Below are positions 18,643-27,889 of a stretch of 64,000 nucleotides of DNA, in pieces. Source of the stretch: Candidatus Eiseniibacteriota bacterium. GTDB lineage: Bacteria > Eisenbacteria > RBG-16-71-46. Both the position numbers and the translations under genes were made by a program. How positions within the stretch are numbered: the stretch's first letter is position 1; the number at the start of each line of letters is the position of its first letter. The stretch covers positions 256,001 through 320,000 of the forward strand of contig CAVUWA010000002.1 of NCBI GenBank assembly GCA_963744995.1, read 5' to 3'. The notes under the pieces are model-generated. The model was not told the origin of the DNA, ran no database searches, and was given only the letters and a program-made list of their open reading frames with translations.

Positions 18643-21008
18643 GCATGACACGGAACCGGGGCGCCGCACGGGCGCGCGCAATTGCCGCGCCGCTCCTCGC
18701 ACTGCTGGCGTTCGCGGGGTGCGCGAAAGGGGTGCAGGGGACGTTCCTGCCCAATGCGCGCCCCGTCGTGACGCTCACCCACGCGCCCGCGAGCCCCACG
18801 AACCGGTTTTTCTACGCCTACCAGTTCAAGTGGTTCGGCTACGATCCCGACGGGGCGGTGGACCATTTCATCTACGCCGTGGATCCGCCCACCGCGACGA
18901 ACGCCGAGACGACCTGGACCAGTACGCGGCGTTTCGACGTGACGCTCGAATTCAGCGCCGACACCCAGGATTCGATCGGCCCTGCGACCCGGTCGATCGG
19001 TTACCACGCATTCGTGATCAAGGCGGTCGACGAGCGCGGACTGGCGTCGGTGCCGGAGGTGCGCAGCTTCTTCTCGTCGACGCTCGCGCCGTCGGTGCAG
19101 ATCGTGAGCCCGCTGCCGACCGCGCTCGCGGTCGTGCGGGTCGCCCCCACGGTGCGGATCTCGTGGGAGGGCTTCGACGTCGACGGGGTCGAGTCGAAGC
19201 AGCCGGTGAAATACAAGTGGCTGCTGCTGTCGGCATCGTCGGAATTCCCGATCAGCGCGGCGTTGCTCGATCCGGACTCGCTCAGGCGCTACTACGCACC
19301 CGACTTCGCGGGGTGGGATTCGACCGACGCGGAAACGCGGAGCGTTCAGCTGTTCAACCTCACCCCCGGCGCGACCTATCTGTTCGCGGTGATCGCCTAC
19401 GACGAAGCCGGCGCGTACTCACCGATCTTCTCGCTCAGCTCGAACCTGCTGCGCTTTCGTGCCGATCTCGCCACGACGCTCGGTCCCACGATCACGATGT
19501 GGAACAACTTCTTCAGCTTCACCTATCCGGGCGGCGGCTACAGCCTCGATCCCTCGCGCGAGGTGGGGCTCGACCTGCTGCCCGGCAAGAGCACCTACAT
19601 CCGGTGGAGCGCGCAGCCCGGGCCGGGCGCCGGCCTGCACAGCTACCGGTGGAAGCTGGACGGCGATGTCAGCGACGAGACGCCGCGCTCGAACGATCAG
19701 GACGTCTATCACTGGAGCGTTCCGTCGCTGCTCACGTCGCGCGCGGATCTCGGGCCGTTCGGGTCGGGCGAGACGCATCGCTTCTATCTCGAGGTCGAAG
19801 ACGACAACGGCAACCGCAGCCTCGGCATCGTGCGCTTCAACGTGCTGAGCTTCGAGGCCCAGTTCAACCGCGACCTGCTGATCGTGGACGACACACGGCT
19901 GATCGCCGATCAGCTGGCGGCGGGCGGCTGCGTGAAGCCGCCGATCGGAACGTGGCCCACCGCGGCGGAGCTGGACACGTTCCTGTATGCGCGCGGCGGC
20001 TTCCCATGGCGCTGCTATCCGACGGGGACCGTGAGCCCGCCGGGCCTGTTCGCGGCCTACAACTTCGACACGATCGGCACGCGCCCCGAGGTGTTTCCAT
20101 TCGCCACTCTCGCCAAGTACCGGCACGTGATCTGGCTGATCGACCCGAGGAGCGCGCTCAACGGTGGCAGCGTCTTCGGCGGCGATGGCGACGTCACCTC
20201 GCTGCGCCGCATGTGCGATCGCGTGAGCATCAACACGCTGGCCGCCTACGTGGAGCAGGGTGGCCAGCTGTGGCTCGTCGGCGGCGGCGCGGGATACGCG
20301 AGCTCGATCGCGTTCGGGCGCACGAGCACGAGCGGGGGGACGCTCTTCACCCTGCGGCCCGGCATGTTCATGTACGACTTCACGCACTGGCGCACGCAGC
20401 TCCGTACCGGAACGGTGCTGCCGTTCATGACACGCTCGCCCCACGTGCCGGTGAGCGACCCTCATGCGCCGAGCTACGCGCGGCTGCCCGCCGCGATCGG
20501 GATCCGCTCTCTGGCGACGGACCCATTCCCGCCCGGGCGCGCCGGACAGAGCCTGAGCGTGTTCTACAAGTCGGTCTATGACATCGAGTACATGTCGTCC
20601 GGCAGCACCGTGGTCGAACCCGACCCGAACGACCCGGGCGTCCAGGTGGCGGTGCTCGACACGCTCTACAGGGTGAGCGGCATCGGGCTGCCGACCCCCG
20701 TGCAGAATCCCGAGAACGTGATCATGACGTCGTACCGCGGTGCGGAGTCGGGCCACGTGATGTTCACGGGATTCGAGCTGTGGAACTACCGGCGCACCGA
20801 CGTGCAGGCGCTGGTGGACGCGATCCTGACCGACGTCTGGGGGCTGGCGCCGCACGCCCCGCTCACGCACGCGCTGTCGCCCTCCACGGCGCCCCTGCCG
20901 CCCGCTTCAGCCGCGCCGCAGGGATCGGGCCGCGGGCGACCCGATCAGCGCATCCGCACGACCCGGCGCACCGCGTCGCCGAACGGCGAATCGAGGCGCA
21001 CGAAGTAG
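18639..21008 (+). CDS. Large lipoprotein of unknown function (Ig/Fn3-like and Y_Y_Y-like segments)
   Basis: ATGA overlap with upstream gene; lipobox FAGC; repeated W.G.D.DG...Y motifs. Confidence 0.75.
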   Translation: MSMTRNRGAARARAIAAPLLALLAFAGCAKGVQGTFLPNARPVVTLTHAPASPTNRFFYAYQFKWFGYDPDGAVDHFIYAVDPPTATNAETTWTSTRRFDVTLEFSADTQDSIGPATRSIGYHAFVIKAVDERGLASVPEVRSFFSSTLAPSVQIVSPLPTALAVVRVAPTVRISWEGFDVDGVESKQPVKYKWLLLSASSEFPISAALLDPDSLRRYYAPDFAGWDSTDAETRSVQLFNLTPGATYLFAVIAYDEAGAYSPIFSLSSNLLRFRADLATTLGPTITMWNNFFSFTYPGGGYSLDPSREVGLDLLPGKSTYIRWSAQPGPGAGLHSYRWKLDGDVSDETPRSNDQDVYHWSVPSLLTSRADLGPFGSGETHRFYLEVEDDNGNRSLGIVRFNVLSFEAQFNRDLLIVDDTRLIADQLAAGGCVKPPIGTWPTAAELDTFLYARGGFPWRCYPTGTVSPPGLFAAYNFDTIGTRPEVFPFATLAKYRHVIWLIDPRSALNGGSVFGGDGDVTSLRRMCDRVSINTLAAYVEQGGQLWLVGGGAGYASSIAFGRTSTSGGTLFTLRPGMFMYDFTHWRTQLRTGTVLPFMTRSPHVPVSDPHAPSYARLPAAIGIRSLATDPFPPGRAGQSLSVFYKSVYDIEYMSSGSTVVEPDPNDPGVQVAVLDTLYRVSGIGLPTPVQNPENVIMTSYRGAESGHVMFTGFELWNYRRTDVQALVDAILTDVWGLAPHAPLTHALSPSTAPLPPASAAPQGSGRGRPDQRIRTTRRTASPNGESRRTK

Positions 21009-23872
21009 ACGCCGCCGGGCACCGGATGCCCCGCGCCGTCCAGGCCGTTCCATTCCACCGTGTGGCGCCCGGGTTCGAAGGCGCCTGCAGCGAGCGTGCG
21101 CACGGCCCGCCCGTGCACGTCGAACACCTGCACCCGCGCCTGCGCCGCGGCGGGCAGCGTGAACCCGAGTCGCGTCGTCGAAACGAACGGATTGGGCGCC
21201 AGGCTCGACAGCTGGAACGCGCCGTGAGGCAGCGGGTCCGCCGCGAGCACGGTGGTGAAGTCGATAACGCGCAGGTCGTCGATCGCAGCCTCGACCAGCG
21301 AGCCGGTGCCCTCGTCGGACGCGACGAAGCGGAGCTTCATGTCGGCGGTCGGGGTGAGCACGTCATCGATGAAGAACACCACCTGTTCCCAGCCCTGCGT
21401 CGAGACGGTCGTGCTCTCCACCACGGCCCACGTCGTGCCGCCGTCGCCGGACAGTTCGACCCGCCACACGTCGCTCGCGGGGGCGCCGCCCTGATCGTTC
21501 GAATACCACTTCCAGTATTCGATCACCGGACTCAGGTTCCCGCCGGCGCCGGCGTCGAATGCGGTGGTGGTGAGGGTGGTGCGGCCGTTGTCGACGTCGT
21601 TGGTCCCGGCGCCCGCGCCCGCCGCGGCGTTGCCCGTGAACCAGCAGGAGACGCCCGGGTCGCTGTGGTCGTCCTCCGGCTGCACGTAGCCCGCCCCGAC
21701 GCTGGTGCCGACCGGATCGCCCCACGCCCAGATCCCGGTGGTGGCGTCGTCGAGTGGACCGCCGACCACGTACCCCGGCTGCGTTTCCATCGGCTCGTCG
21801 AGCAGCGTCGTCGTCGGGCCGGCGATGAAGGCGAAGCTCGCCGCGGGGGCGGTCGGCGGGTCGAGCTGCACCCCGCCTTCGGTGTCGTGTGCCTCGATCC
21901 AGTAGCGCACCAGTGCCGCGGTCTGGCCGGGGATGGAAGCGCTGAATTCGGACGGGTTGCCGGTCGGCGTCATGGGGAGCGTCTGCGGGCCGCCGCCGTT
22001 CACGGCGTAGTGCAGGATCACGGCCGCAGGGTCGAGTGCGCCGAGCGGTCCCGAGTAGTCGATCGTCGCGGTGATCGGGTAGGGCGTCGCCGCGGGCTGA
22101 TCGGCGAGGGCGTCGTGGATGATGTCGATGAAGCGCCCGGTGCCGATTCCGTGCGCGTTGAACGCGGTCACGATCATTCCCGAGTGCGGCGTGCCGTTCG
22201 ACAGATCGGCGTCGTCGTCGTCCGCGACCAGCATCTCCACGAAGTATTCACCCATCGCCACGCCGTCGTCGGCGTCGTCGGGTGTGCCGTACTTGGCGAA
22301 ATGGGCGAGATGCTCCGCGAGCGGAAGGCCGAGCGCCTGGCGCAGGTCCCACACCGCGCCGGCGACGATCAGCCCGGTCGCATGCGGATCGCCCGACAGG
22401 TCCTGGGGGTAGCGCAGCGTGTTGTCGATGGTACGGATCGACGTGCCGGGGCCGAAGAAGCCCTGGCCGATCAGCGGATCGTCGCGGATCAGCGCGGCGT
22501 TCACGTCGGCGAGGCCCTCGTGCAATGCGCCGTTCGTCATGCCGAGCGGCTGGCCGGCCTGGATGTAGAGCCTGTCGTTCACGCCGTGGCCGTATTCGTG
22601 ATAGACGACGTCCGGCAGCGTCGCCGTGTTGATGCAGCCGCCACCGGCGGCGAAGAAGTTGACGCCGGTGCCGTCCCAGTAGGCGTTGCAGACGTCCGCG
22701 ATGTTCACGGCCACCGGCATCGCGTAGTCGACCCCGGTGAACGCGGGATCGACGTTCTTCGCGAAATCGTGCGCGACGTTCACGTGGTAGAACGCGTCGC
22801 GTTCGGAGTCCTGCGAGTTGCCTGCGTTCCAGTCGATGTCCACGGTCGCCGGGTCGGAGGCGCCGGTGAGGAACAACGCGTCCGTGCCGTCGGCGCGATG
22901 GACGTTCGCGAACGGGCCGGCGAGGCCGGCGGAGACGGTGACCGCCCCGGCGGCGGGAATCAGATAGGTCCCCGCCGCGTCGGTGACGCCGGTGCCGGTG
23001 CCCGCCAGCACGGTGAGCTGCGCGAACGGCACGGTCGCCGGCGGATCCGTGGGCAGCACGAGGTGAACGGCGCCCGTGACGGTGCCGTCGATCGCATGGC
23101 GCACGCGGTTCAGGCGCCACAACACGGTTCCGTTCGCCGCGTCGACGAAGACCACCCAGCGGCCGGGCGGCCGGGCGGTCCGCACATGCACCTCGTAGAC
23201 GAGCCGGAAGTCGGTGCGTTCGCCGCGCGTGCGCGGCAGCAGGGCGAGGCCCGCCGCGGTCGCGGCGCGGTCGCGCGCCCGATCGAACGGCAGGCCGGCG
23301 ATCGCCGCCTCGCGGGCGAGCGACCCCGGGATCAGCGGCCGGATGCGCGTGTCCGGCGGAATCGAGCGCGCGTCGGCGCCGAACGCGAACAGGCGGCCGT
23401 CGTCACCGACCCGGAACTCCCAGTCCGAGAACAGCACCGGGAGGCCGTGGAAGGTCTGCCGGTAGCGGGCGTACCAGCGTCCTCCGGCCTCGAACACGGC
23501 CGTGCGGTCGAGTCCGTCCACGCGGCCGAACGTCGCCGGGTGCCCCGCGACGAATGCCCGCAGCGAGGCATCGACGGCATCCGCGGAGGGCGCGAACCCG
23601 CTGAGCGCGATGCCGCGCCCGAAGGCGCGGTGCGGGGTGCCGGTCGCCGCGTTCCAGATCGCGGTCCAGTCGCCGTAGCGCGCGCGAAACGCCTGCCAGG
23701 CGGGGCTCTGCTCGAGCATCCGCGCGCGCGCCGGGCCGGCAAGACGCGTCGCCGGCCGGCCGGCCGGGGCGTCGGGCCCCGCAGCCAGGCGCGCGACCAC
23801 GGCCTGAGCGGGGCCGGGAAGGGTCGTGGCCCAGAGGCACAGGGCCAAAGCATACAATGACTTGCGGCGCAT
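20945..23872 (-). CDS. Secreted thermolysin-like (M4/M36) zinc metalloprotease with propeptide and FlgD-Ig/T9SS-like C-terminal domain
   Basis: GGAGG RBS; signal peptide; FTP-like RYRQTFHGLPV; NAYWDG, HEYGH and GALHEGLAD; C-terminal PNPF...FDVHGR.VR.L...WNG.D..G...GVYFVRL. Confidence 0.85.
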   Translation of the reverse strand: MRRKSLYALALCLWATTLPGPAQAVVARLAAGPDAPAGRPATRLAGPARARMLEQSPAWQAFRARYGDWTAIWNAATGTPHRAFGRGIALSGFAPSADAVDASLRAFVAGHPATFGRVDGLDRTAVFEAGGRWYARYRQTFHGLPVLFSDWEFRVGDDGRLFAFGADARSIPPDTRIRPLIPGSLAREAAIAGLPFDRARDRAATAAGLALLPRTRGERTDFRLVYEVHVRTARPPGRWVVFVDAANGTVLWRLNRVRHAIDGTVTGAVHLVLPTDPPATVPFAQLTVLAGTGTGVTDAAGTYLIPAAGAVTVSAGLAGPFANVHRADGTDALFLTGASDPATVDIDWNAGNSQDSERDAFYHVNVAHDFAKNVDPAFTGVDYAMPVAVNIADVCNAYWDGTGVNFFAAGGGCINTATLPDVVYHEYGHGVNDRLYIQAGQPLGMTNGALHEGLADVNAALIRDDPLIGQGFFGPGTSIRTIDNTLRYPQDLSGDPHATGLIVAGAVWDLRQALGLPLAEHLAHFAKYGTPDDADDGVAMGEYFVEMLVADDDDADLSNGTPHSGMIVTAFNAHGIGTGRFIDIIHDALADQPAATPYPITATIDYSGPLGALDPAAVILHYAVNGGGPQTLPMTPTGNPSEFSASIPGQTAALVRYWIEAHDTEGGVQLDPPTAPAASFAFIAGPTTTLLDEPMETQPGYVVGGPLDDATTGIWAWGDPVGTSVGAGYVQPEDDHSDPGVSCWFTGNAAAGAGAGTNDVDNGRTTLTTTAFDAGAGGNLSPVIEYWKWYSNDQGGAPASDVWRVELSGDGGTTWAVVESTTVSTQGWEQVVFFIDDVLTPTADMKLRFVASDEGTGSLVEAAIDDLRVIDFTTVLAADPLPHGAFQLSSLAPNPFVSTTRLGFTLPAAAQARVQVFDVHGRAVRTLAAGAFEPGRHTVEWNGLDGAGHPVPGGVYFVRLDSPFGDAVRRVVRMR

Positions 23873-24010
23873 GACGCCTCCAGGGTGTGCGGTCGGGATG
23901 GGGATCGGCGATCTCGGGCGCGGGCGCGAGCACCGGCGGGGGCTACCATTGTCCCAGATGCCCCGCCGCCGGAAAAGGGGCAGTCTGCAGTGGATTCCCG
24001 GAAGCGTTTC

Positions 24011-24039
24011 TTGACCGTGATCACGCGGGTTTCTAGAGT
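24011..24039 (+). promoter_or_regulatory. Sigma70-type promoter with palindrome in the spacer
   Basis: TTGACC-N17-TAGAGT; perfect palindrome CGTGATCACG at 24016-24025. Confidence 0.6.
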
Positions 24040-24096
24040 GATCCCCTTCCGCTCACGGAAGTTCCGGTCGCATGAGCTTCCCACCGTTCAGGAGCT

Positions 24097-24357
24097 GTGA
24101 CTTTGAACCGACCTTTCGTTGAAATCGGCACCGTGTCCAGCGCCGCCACGGAACGCATGGTGGCGCGCGGCGACCAGTGCCGTTGTTCGTGTGGTTCGAT
24201 GCTCGCGCGCGTGGTGCGCGAGGGCCTCGAGCTCAAGTGCCGCAAGTGCAAGAACCTGATCCTGATCCGCCACGAAGAGCTGATCGAGATGTACAAGGGT
24301 CTCGGGTTCGAATTGCGTCCGACGCTGCCGAAGATTCCGAACCTGCCGCGCGGCTGA
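24097..24357 (+). CDS. Small zinc-finger protein, Mu Com-like
   Basis: AGGAG RBS; CSCGSMLAR...LELKCRKCK resembles the Com C..C.KLL...IEIRCPRCK pattern. Confidence 0.65.
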   Translation: MTLNRPFVEIGTVSSAATERMVARGDQCRCSCGSMLARVVREGLELKCRKCKNLILIRHEELIEMYKGLGFELRPTLPKIPNLPRG

Positions 24358-24438
24358 TCTCTTTCGCCCGAGCCCCGGTGCCGGTTTCGCCGGGGCCGGC
24401 GCGAAGACGACCTCCAGCCTTTCGAGTATCCTGCGCGC

Positions 24439-26388
24439 GTGCCGGCCTGGTTCGACCACCTCTTCTTCCTGATCCTCGTCGTCCTCTTCCCGCTGCGCGC
24501 CGCGCGATCGGGCATCGGCCGATTGCGTCGCGCGCAGCCGGCCGAGGTGCCGCGCGTGCGCGTGGCGGTCTACCGCGAGGCGATCCTGATCCAGTGGTCG
24601 CTCGCCGCCGTCCTCGCCGCGTTGTGGATCCTCACCGGGCGTGCGTGGTCCGCGGTCGGCGTCACCCTGCATGCGAACATCGGGCTCGCGGTCATGGCCG
24701 GCCTCACGGCGGCGGCGATCGTCTTCACGATCTACCAGCGGCGACGCGCCCTGGCGAGCGACGACGCGCTGCTCGAAGTGCGCGAGCGGATGGCGCACCT
24801 CGCCGTCATGCTGCCGCACCAGCCGCGCGAGCTGGGCCTGTTCTACCGGCTGTCGGCAACCGCCGGGGTCTGTGAAGAGCTGCTCTATCGCGGTTACCTG
24901 ATCTGGTACCTCGCGCACTGGATGCCCCTCATCGCCGCCGCCGCCGCCGCGAGCGCGATCTTCGGCTTCGGCCATGCCTACCAGGGCCGCCGCGGCATCG
25001 TGACCACGGGCCTGTTCGGCGCGGCGCTGGCCACCGTGTACCTGATCTCGGGCTCGCTGTGGCTGCCGATGCTGCTCCACCTGCTGGTCGACGTGCACTC
25101 GGGGCACCTCGCGTTCCACGCGTTCCGGCGCGGCGCCGAGCTCGACCGACGGCGCTACGAGCGCGAGGCGGAAGAGCGTGCCGCCGCGCGCGCCGCCGCG
25201 GAGCATCCGGCCGTGGGTGCGGCAACGGACGCCGGGTCGTCGTTCGACGTCGCGATCATCGGGCTCGGCGCGATGGGCAGCGCGATCGCGTACCACCTCG
25301 CCGCGCGCGGCGTGCGCGTCATCGGTTTCGACCGCTGGCGGCCGCCGCACGAGCAGGGATCCTCGCACGGTGAGACGCGGCTGATCCGGGAGGCCTATTT
25401 CGAGGACCCGTTCTACGTGCCGATCGTGCAACGCGCCTACCAGCTGTGGACCGCGCTCGAGGCCGAGGCCGGCACGCCGCTCTTGAGGCTCACCGGCGGG
25501 CTGATGATCGGCACGCCGGGCGGCGCGCTCGTCACCGGCGCCGAGCGCAGCGCGAGCGTGCACCGGCTGCCGTACGAGCACCTGAGCGCGGCCGCGCTGC
25601 GCGAGCGCTGGCCGGGGATCGAGCCCGGCGACGACCGGGTCGCGGTCTGGGAGCCGCGTACGGGCATGCTGTTTCCGGAGGCCTGCGTGGCCACGCATCT
25701 CTCGGGCGCGGCGCTGCGCGGCGCCGCGCTGCGCTTCGACGAGCCCGTTGCCGGCTGGCGCGCCGCAGGCGCGGGCGTCGAGATCGAAACCGCCGCCGGG
25801 CGCTTCCGCGCAGCGCGGCTGGTGCTGGCGGGCGGCGCCTGGATGCCGGGACTGCTCGGCGGCGCTGCCGTGCCGCTCCGGATTTCGCGACAGACCCTGC
25901 ACTGGTTCGAGCCCGCGGCGGCCCCCGAACGCTTCGACCCGGAGCGCTTCCCGGCGTGGATCTACGAACACGCACAGGGCCTCTACTCGTACGGGTTTCC
26001 GCGCCTGCACGGCACGGTCAAGACGGCGATGCACGTGCCGGGCGCGACGGTGGACCCCGACGCGCTCGCGCGCGAAGCGAGCGCGGAGGAGATCGGCGCG
26101 ATGACCGATGCCCTCGCCCGGTACGCGCCCGACATTCCGGGCCGCAGGGTGAAGAGCGCGGTCTGCATGTACACCAATACCCCCGACATGCACTTCGCGA
26201 TCGACCGTCATCCCGGCGACGCGCGGGTGCTGATCGTGAGCGCGTGCTCGGGGCACGGCTTCAAGTTCTCGAGCGCGATCGGCGAGGCGGTGGCGGACCT
26301 GGCGATGGATCGCACGCCGCGCTTTGATCTCGCGCCGTTCCGGATCGCGCGGTTCGGCTCCGGCGAAGCGCTCGCGCCGGTGCGCTGA
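24439..26388 (+). CDS. Fusion of a CPBP (Abi/CAAX) intramembrane glutamic protease and an N-methyl-L-tryptophan/sarcosine oxidase (SolA-like)
   Basis: N-half: CEELLYRG, FGFGHAYQG and HLLVD; C-half: IIGLGAMGS, GSSHGETRLIR, CMYTNTPD and CSGHGFKF; no stop between them. Confidence 0.85.
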   Translation: MPAWFDHLFFLILVVLFPLRAARSGIGRLRRAQPAEVPRVRVAVYREAILIQWSLAAVLAALWILTGRAWSAVGVTLHANIGLAVMAGLTAAAIVFTIYQRRRALASDDALLEVRERMAHLAVMLPHQPRELGLFYRLSATAGVCEELLYRGYLIWYLAHWMPLIAAAAAASAIFGFGHAYQGRRGIVTTGLFGAALATVYLISGSLWLPMLLHLLVDVHSGHLAFHAFRRGAELDRRRYEREAEERAAARAAAEHPAVGAATDAGSSFDVAIIGLGAMGSAIAYHLAARGVRVIGFDRWRPPHEQGSSHGETRLIREAYFEDPFYVPIVQRAYQLWTALEAEAGTPLLRLTGGLMIGTPGGALVTGAERSASVHRLPYEHLSAAALRERWPGIEPGDDRVAVWEPRTGMLFPEACVATHLSGAALRGAALRFDEPVAGWRAAGAGVEIETAAGRFRAARLVLAGGAWMPGLLGGAAVPLRISRQTLHWFEPAAAPERFDPERFPAWIYEHAQGLYSYGFPRLHGTVKTAMHVPGATVDPDALAREASAEEIGAMTDALARYAPDIPGRRVKSAVCMYTNTPDMHFAIDRHPGDARVLIVSACSGHGFKFSSAIGEAVADLAMDRTPRFDLAPFRIARFGSGEALAPVR

Positions 26389-26446
26389 ACCGTGACGCCG
26401 CGCGCGCCGGCTCGCGTCCGCGTGCGGGTGCGCAGGGCCCCCGGCG

Positions 26447-27775
26447 TCATGGTGCGGCGAGGAACAGGCGTTCGAGACGCGTCGCGCGGCCCGCGCCGTC
26501 CACGGTGAACACGTCGATGCGCGGTGAGGTGCCGGGCGCGCCGGGGATCACCAGCCGCAGATAGTGGTAGGCGGTGACGGCGCGATCGGTCGCTGGGTCG
26601 AACGCGAGCCCCGCGGGCAGCGCGCGCCCGTTTTCCCTGCGCCGCGTTTCGGCGTTCACGGCGTGCAGCGGTCCGCCGCCGCCGCCGGTCGTCACCAGCC
26701 ACGTGCCGCGGCCGTCGCCGGCGCGCACGCGGATCCGCCGATACAGGTGCTCGTGGCCCGCGAACACCGCGGTCACGCCGTGCCGCGCGCACGCCTCGAG
26801 GACGCGGTCGCGACGCCGCGCCGGGGCGGCGGGGCTCCAGTCGCGGCCATGCCGTCCGACGAGCGCCAGTGGATGGTGCAGCACGACGAACGTATAGCGC
26901 GCGCCGGAATCGAGCGCGCGCTCGAGCCAGGCGAGCTGAGCCTCGCTCAGGCGTTCCGCCTCGTCCTCCGTGTAGATGCCGTCGACGTTGGCGAGCACGT
27001 TCGAATCGAGGAAGACGAAGCGCGCGAGCCCTCCGGCCGCATCGATCGAGAACCAGAAGCGCTCCGGTTCGGGTGCTGGGCCCATGACCGCGCGCCAGTT
27101 GGCGCGGCCCTCCGGCGTGTGGATGCGTTCGTGGTTGCCGGGCGCCGCGAGGTAGCGCGCGCTGCCCCTGAGGCTTCCGGGCGGGCCGTCGCCGGCGCCG
27201 AATTCGCGTTCGAAATCGCGCCAGAGCCGCGCGCGGCGTCCGTCGAAGACGAGGTCGCCCGTGTTGATCACGAGATCCGCGGGCAGCGCCTGCACCATCG
27301 CGGTTCGCACCCGCGCTTCACCGCCGCCGTTCGGCCGGTGCGTGGCGAGCACGACGGCCAGATCCTGGAATCCATCGAGGGTCGGTGCCACCGTCTGGAT
27401 CAGCGCGAACGGCAGCGCGACGAGTGCGGACAGCCAGGTGGCGGGACGGCCGGGCGCGAACGCCTGCAGCTGCGGATAGCCGAAGCGCTGCGACTGGGTA
27501 CGGTAGCCGGGACGGTTGTCGCCGGTGACCAGCACCACCAGGCTGTCGCCCCCCACCTCGATCGCCGCGCCGAGGTGATGCGGATCGAGGTCCGCGCCCG
27601 CTCCGGGCGGCACGGCCGTCACCATTCCGGGGGCTTCGAGCGTCCGGATCGGCGCACATCCGGCGGCCAGCAGCAGGGCCACGGCGGCGAGCCCGCGACG
27701 CCGGCGGCGGAGCCGGCGGGAGGGGGCCCCACCATGACCGGGGCGGCGAACGGCGCGGATTTCGGCAGGCTTCAT
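26447..27775 (-). CDS. Calcineurin-like metallophosphoesterase, lipoprotein
   Basis: Lipobox LAAGC; GDNR, NTGDLV, PGNHE, HHP and FAGHEH metal-binding motifs. Confidence 0.85.
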   Translation of the reverse strand: MKPAEIRAVRRPGHGGAPSRRLRRRRRGLAAVALLLAAGCAPIRTLEAPGMVTAVPPGAGADLDPHHLGAAIEVGGDSLVVLVTGDNRPGYRTQSQRFGYPQLQAFAPGRPATWLSALVALPFALIQTVAPTLDGFQDLAVVLATHRPNGGGEARVRTAMVQALPADLVINTGDLVFDGRRARLWRDFEREFGAGDGPPGSLRGSARYLAAPGNHERIHTPEGRANWRAVMGPAPEPERFWFSIDAAGGLARFVFLDSNVLANVDGIYTEDEAERLSEAQLAWLERALDSGARYTFVVLHHPLALVGRHGRDWSPAAPARRRDRVLEACARHGVTAVFAGHEHLYRRIRVRAGDGRGTWLVTTGGGGGPLHAVNAETRRRENGRALPAGLAFDPATDRAVTAYHYLRLVIPGAPGTSPRIDVFTVDGAGRATRLERLFLAAP

Positions 27776-27889
27776 GAGCGGCCGGGAATATTGTAAGAAT
27801 CGCGCGACGAGTCAATCGCCTCTCGGAAGAATGCCCGCGAGGTCCGACCCGGCGCGCCGTCCGGACACCTCCCGCTCTCCCAGGATCCC

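Noticed and set aside
20780..23860. 1026-aa + strand ORF and many similar Arg/Ala/Pro-rich ORFs
   Set aside because: Stop-poor alternative frames expected at very high GC; no motifs and they overlap well-supported genes
24097..24357. Prophage remnant suggested by the Com-like gene
   Set aside because: No integrase, structural, mom or other phage genes nearby
27790..27815. TTGACT-N14-TACAAT on the - strand (same 14-nt spacing as TTGACT/TGTAAT at 57669)
   Set aside because: Spacing too short for sigma70 and two instances are too few to claim a new promoter class
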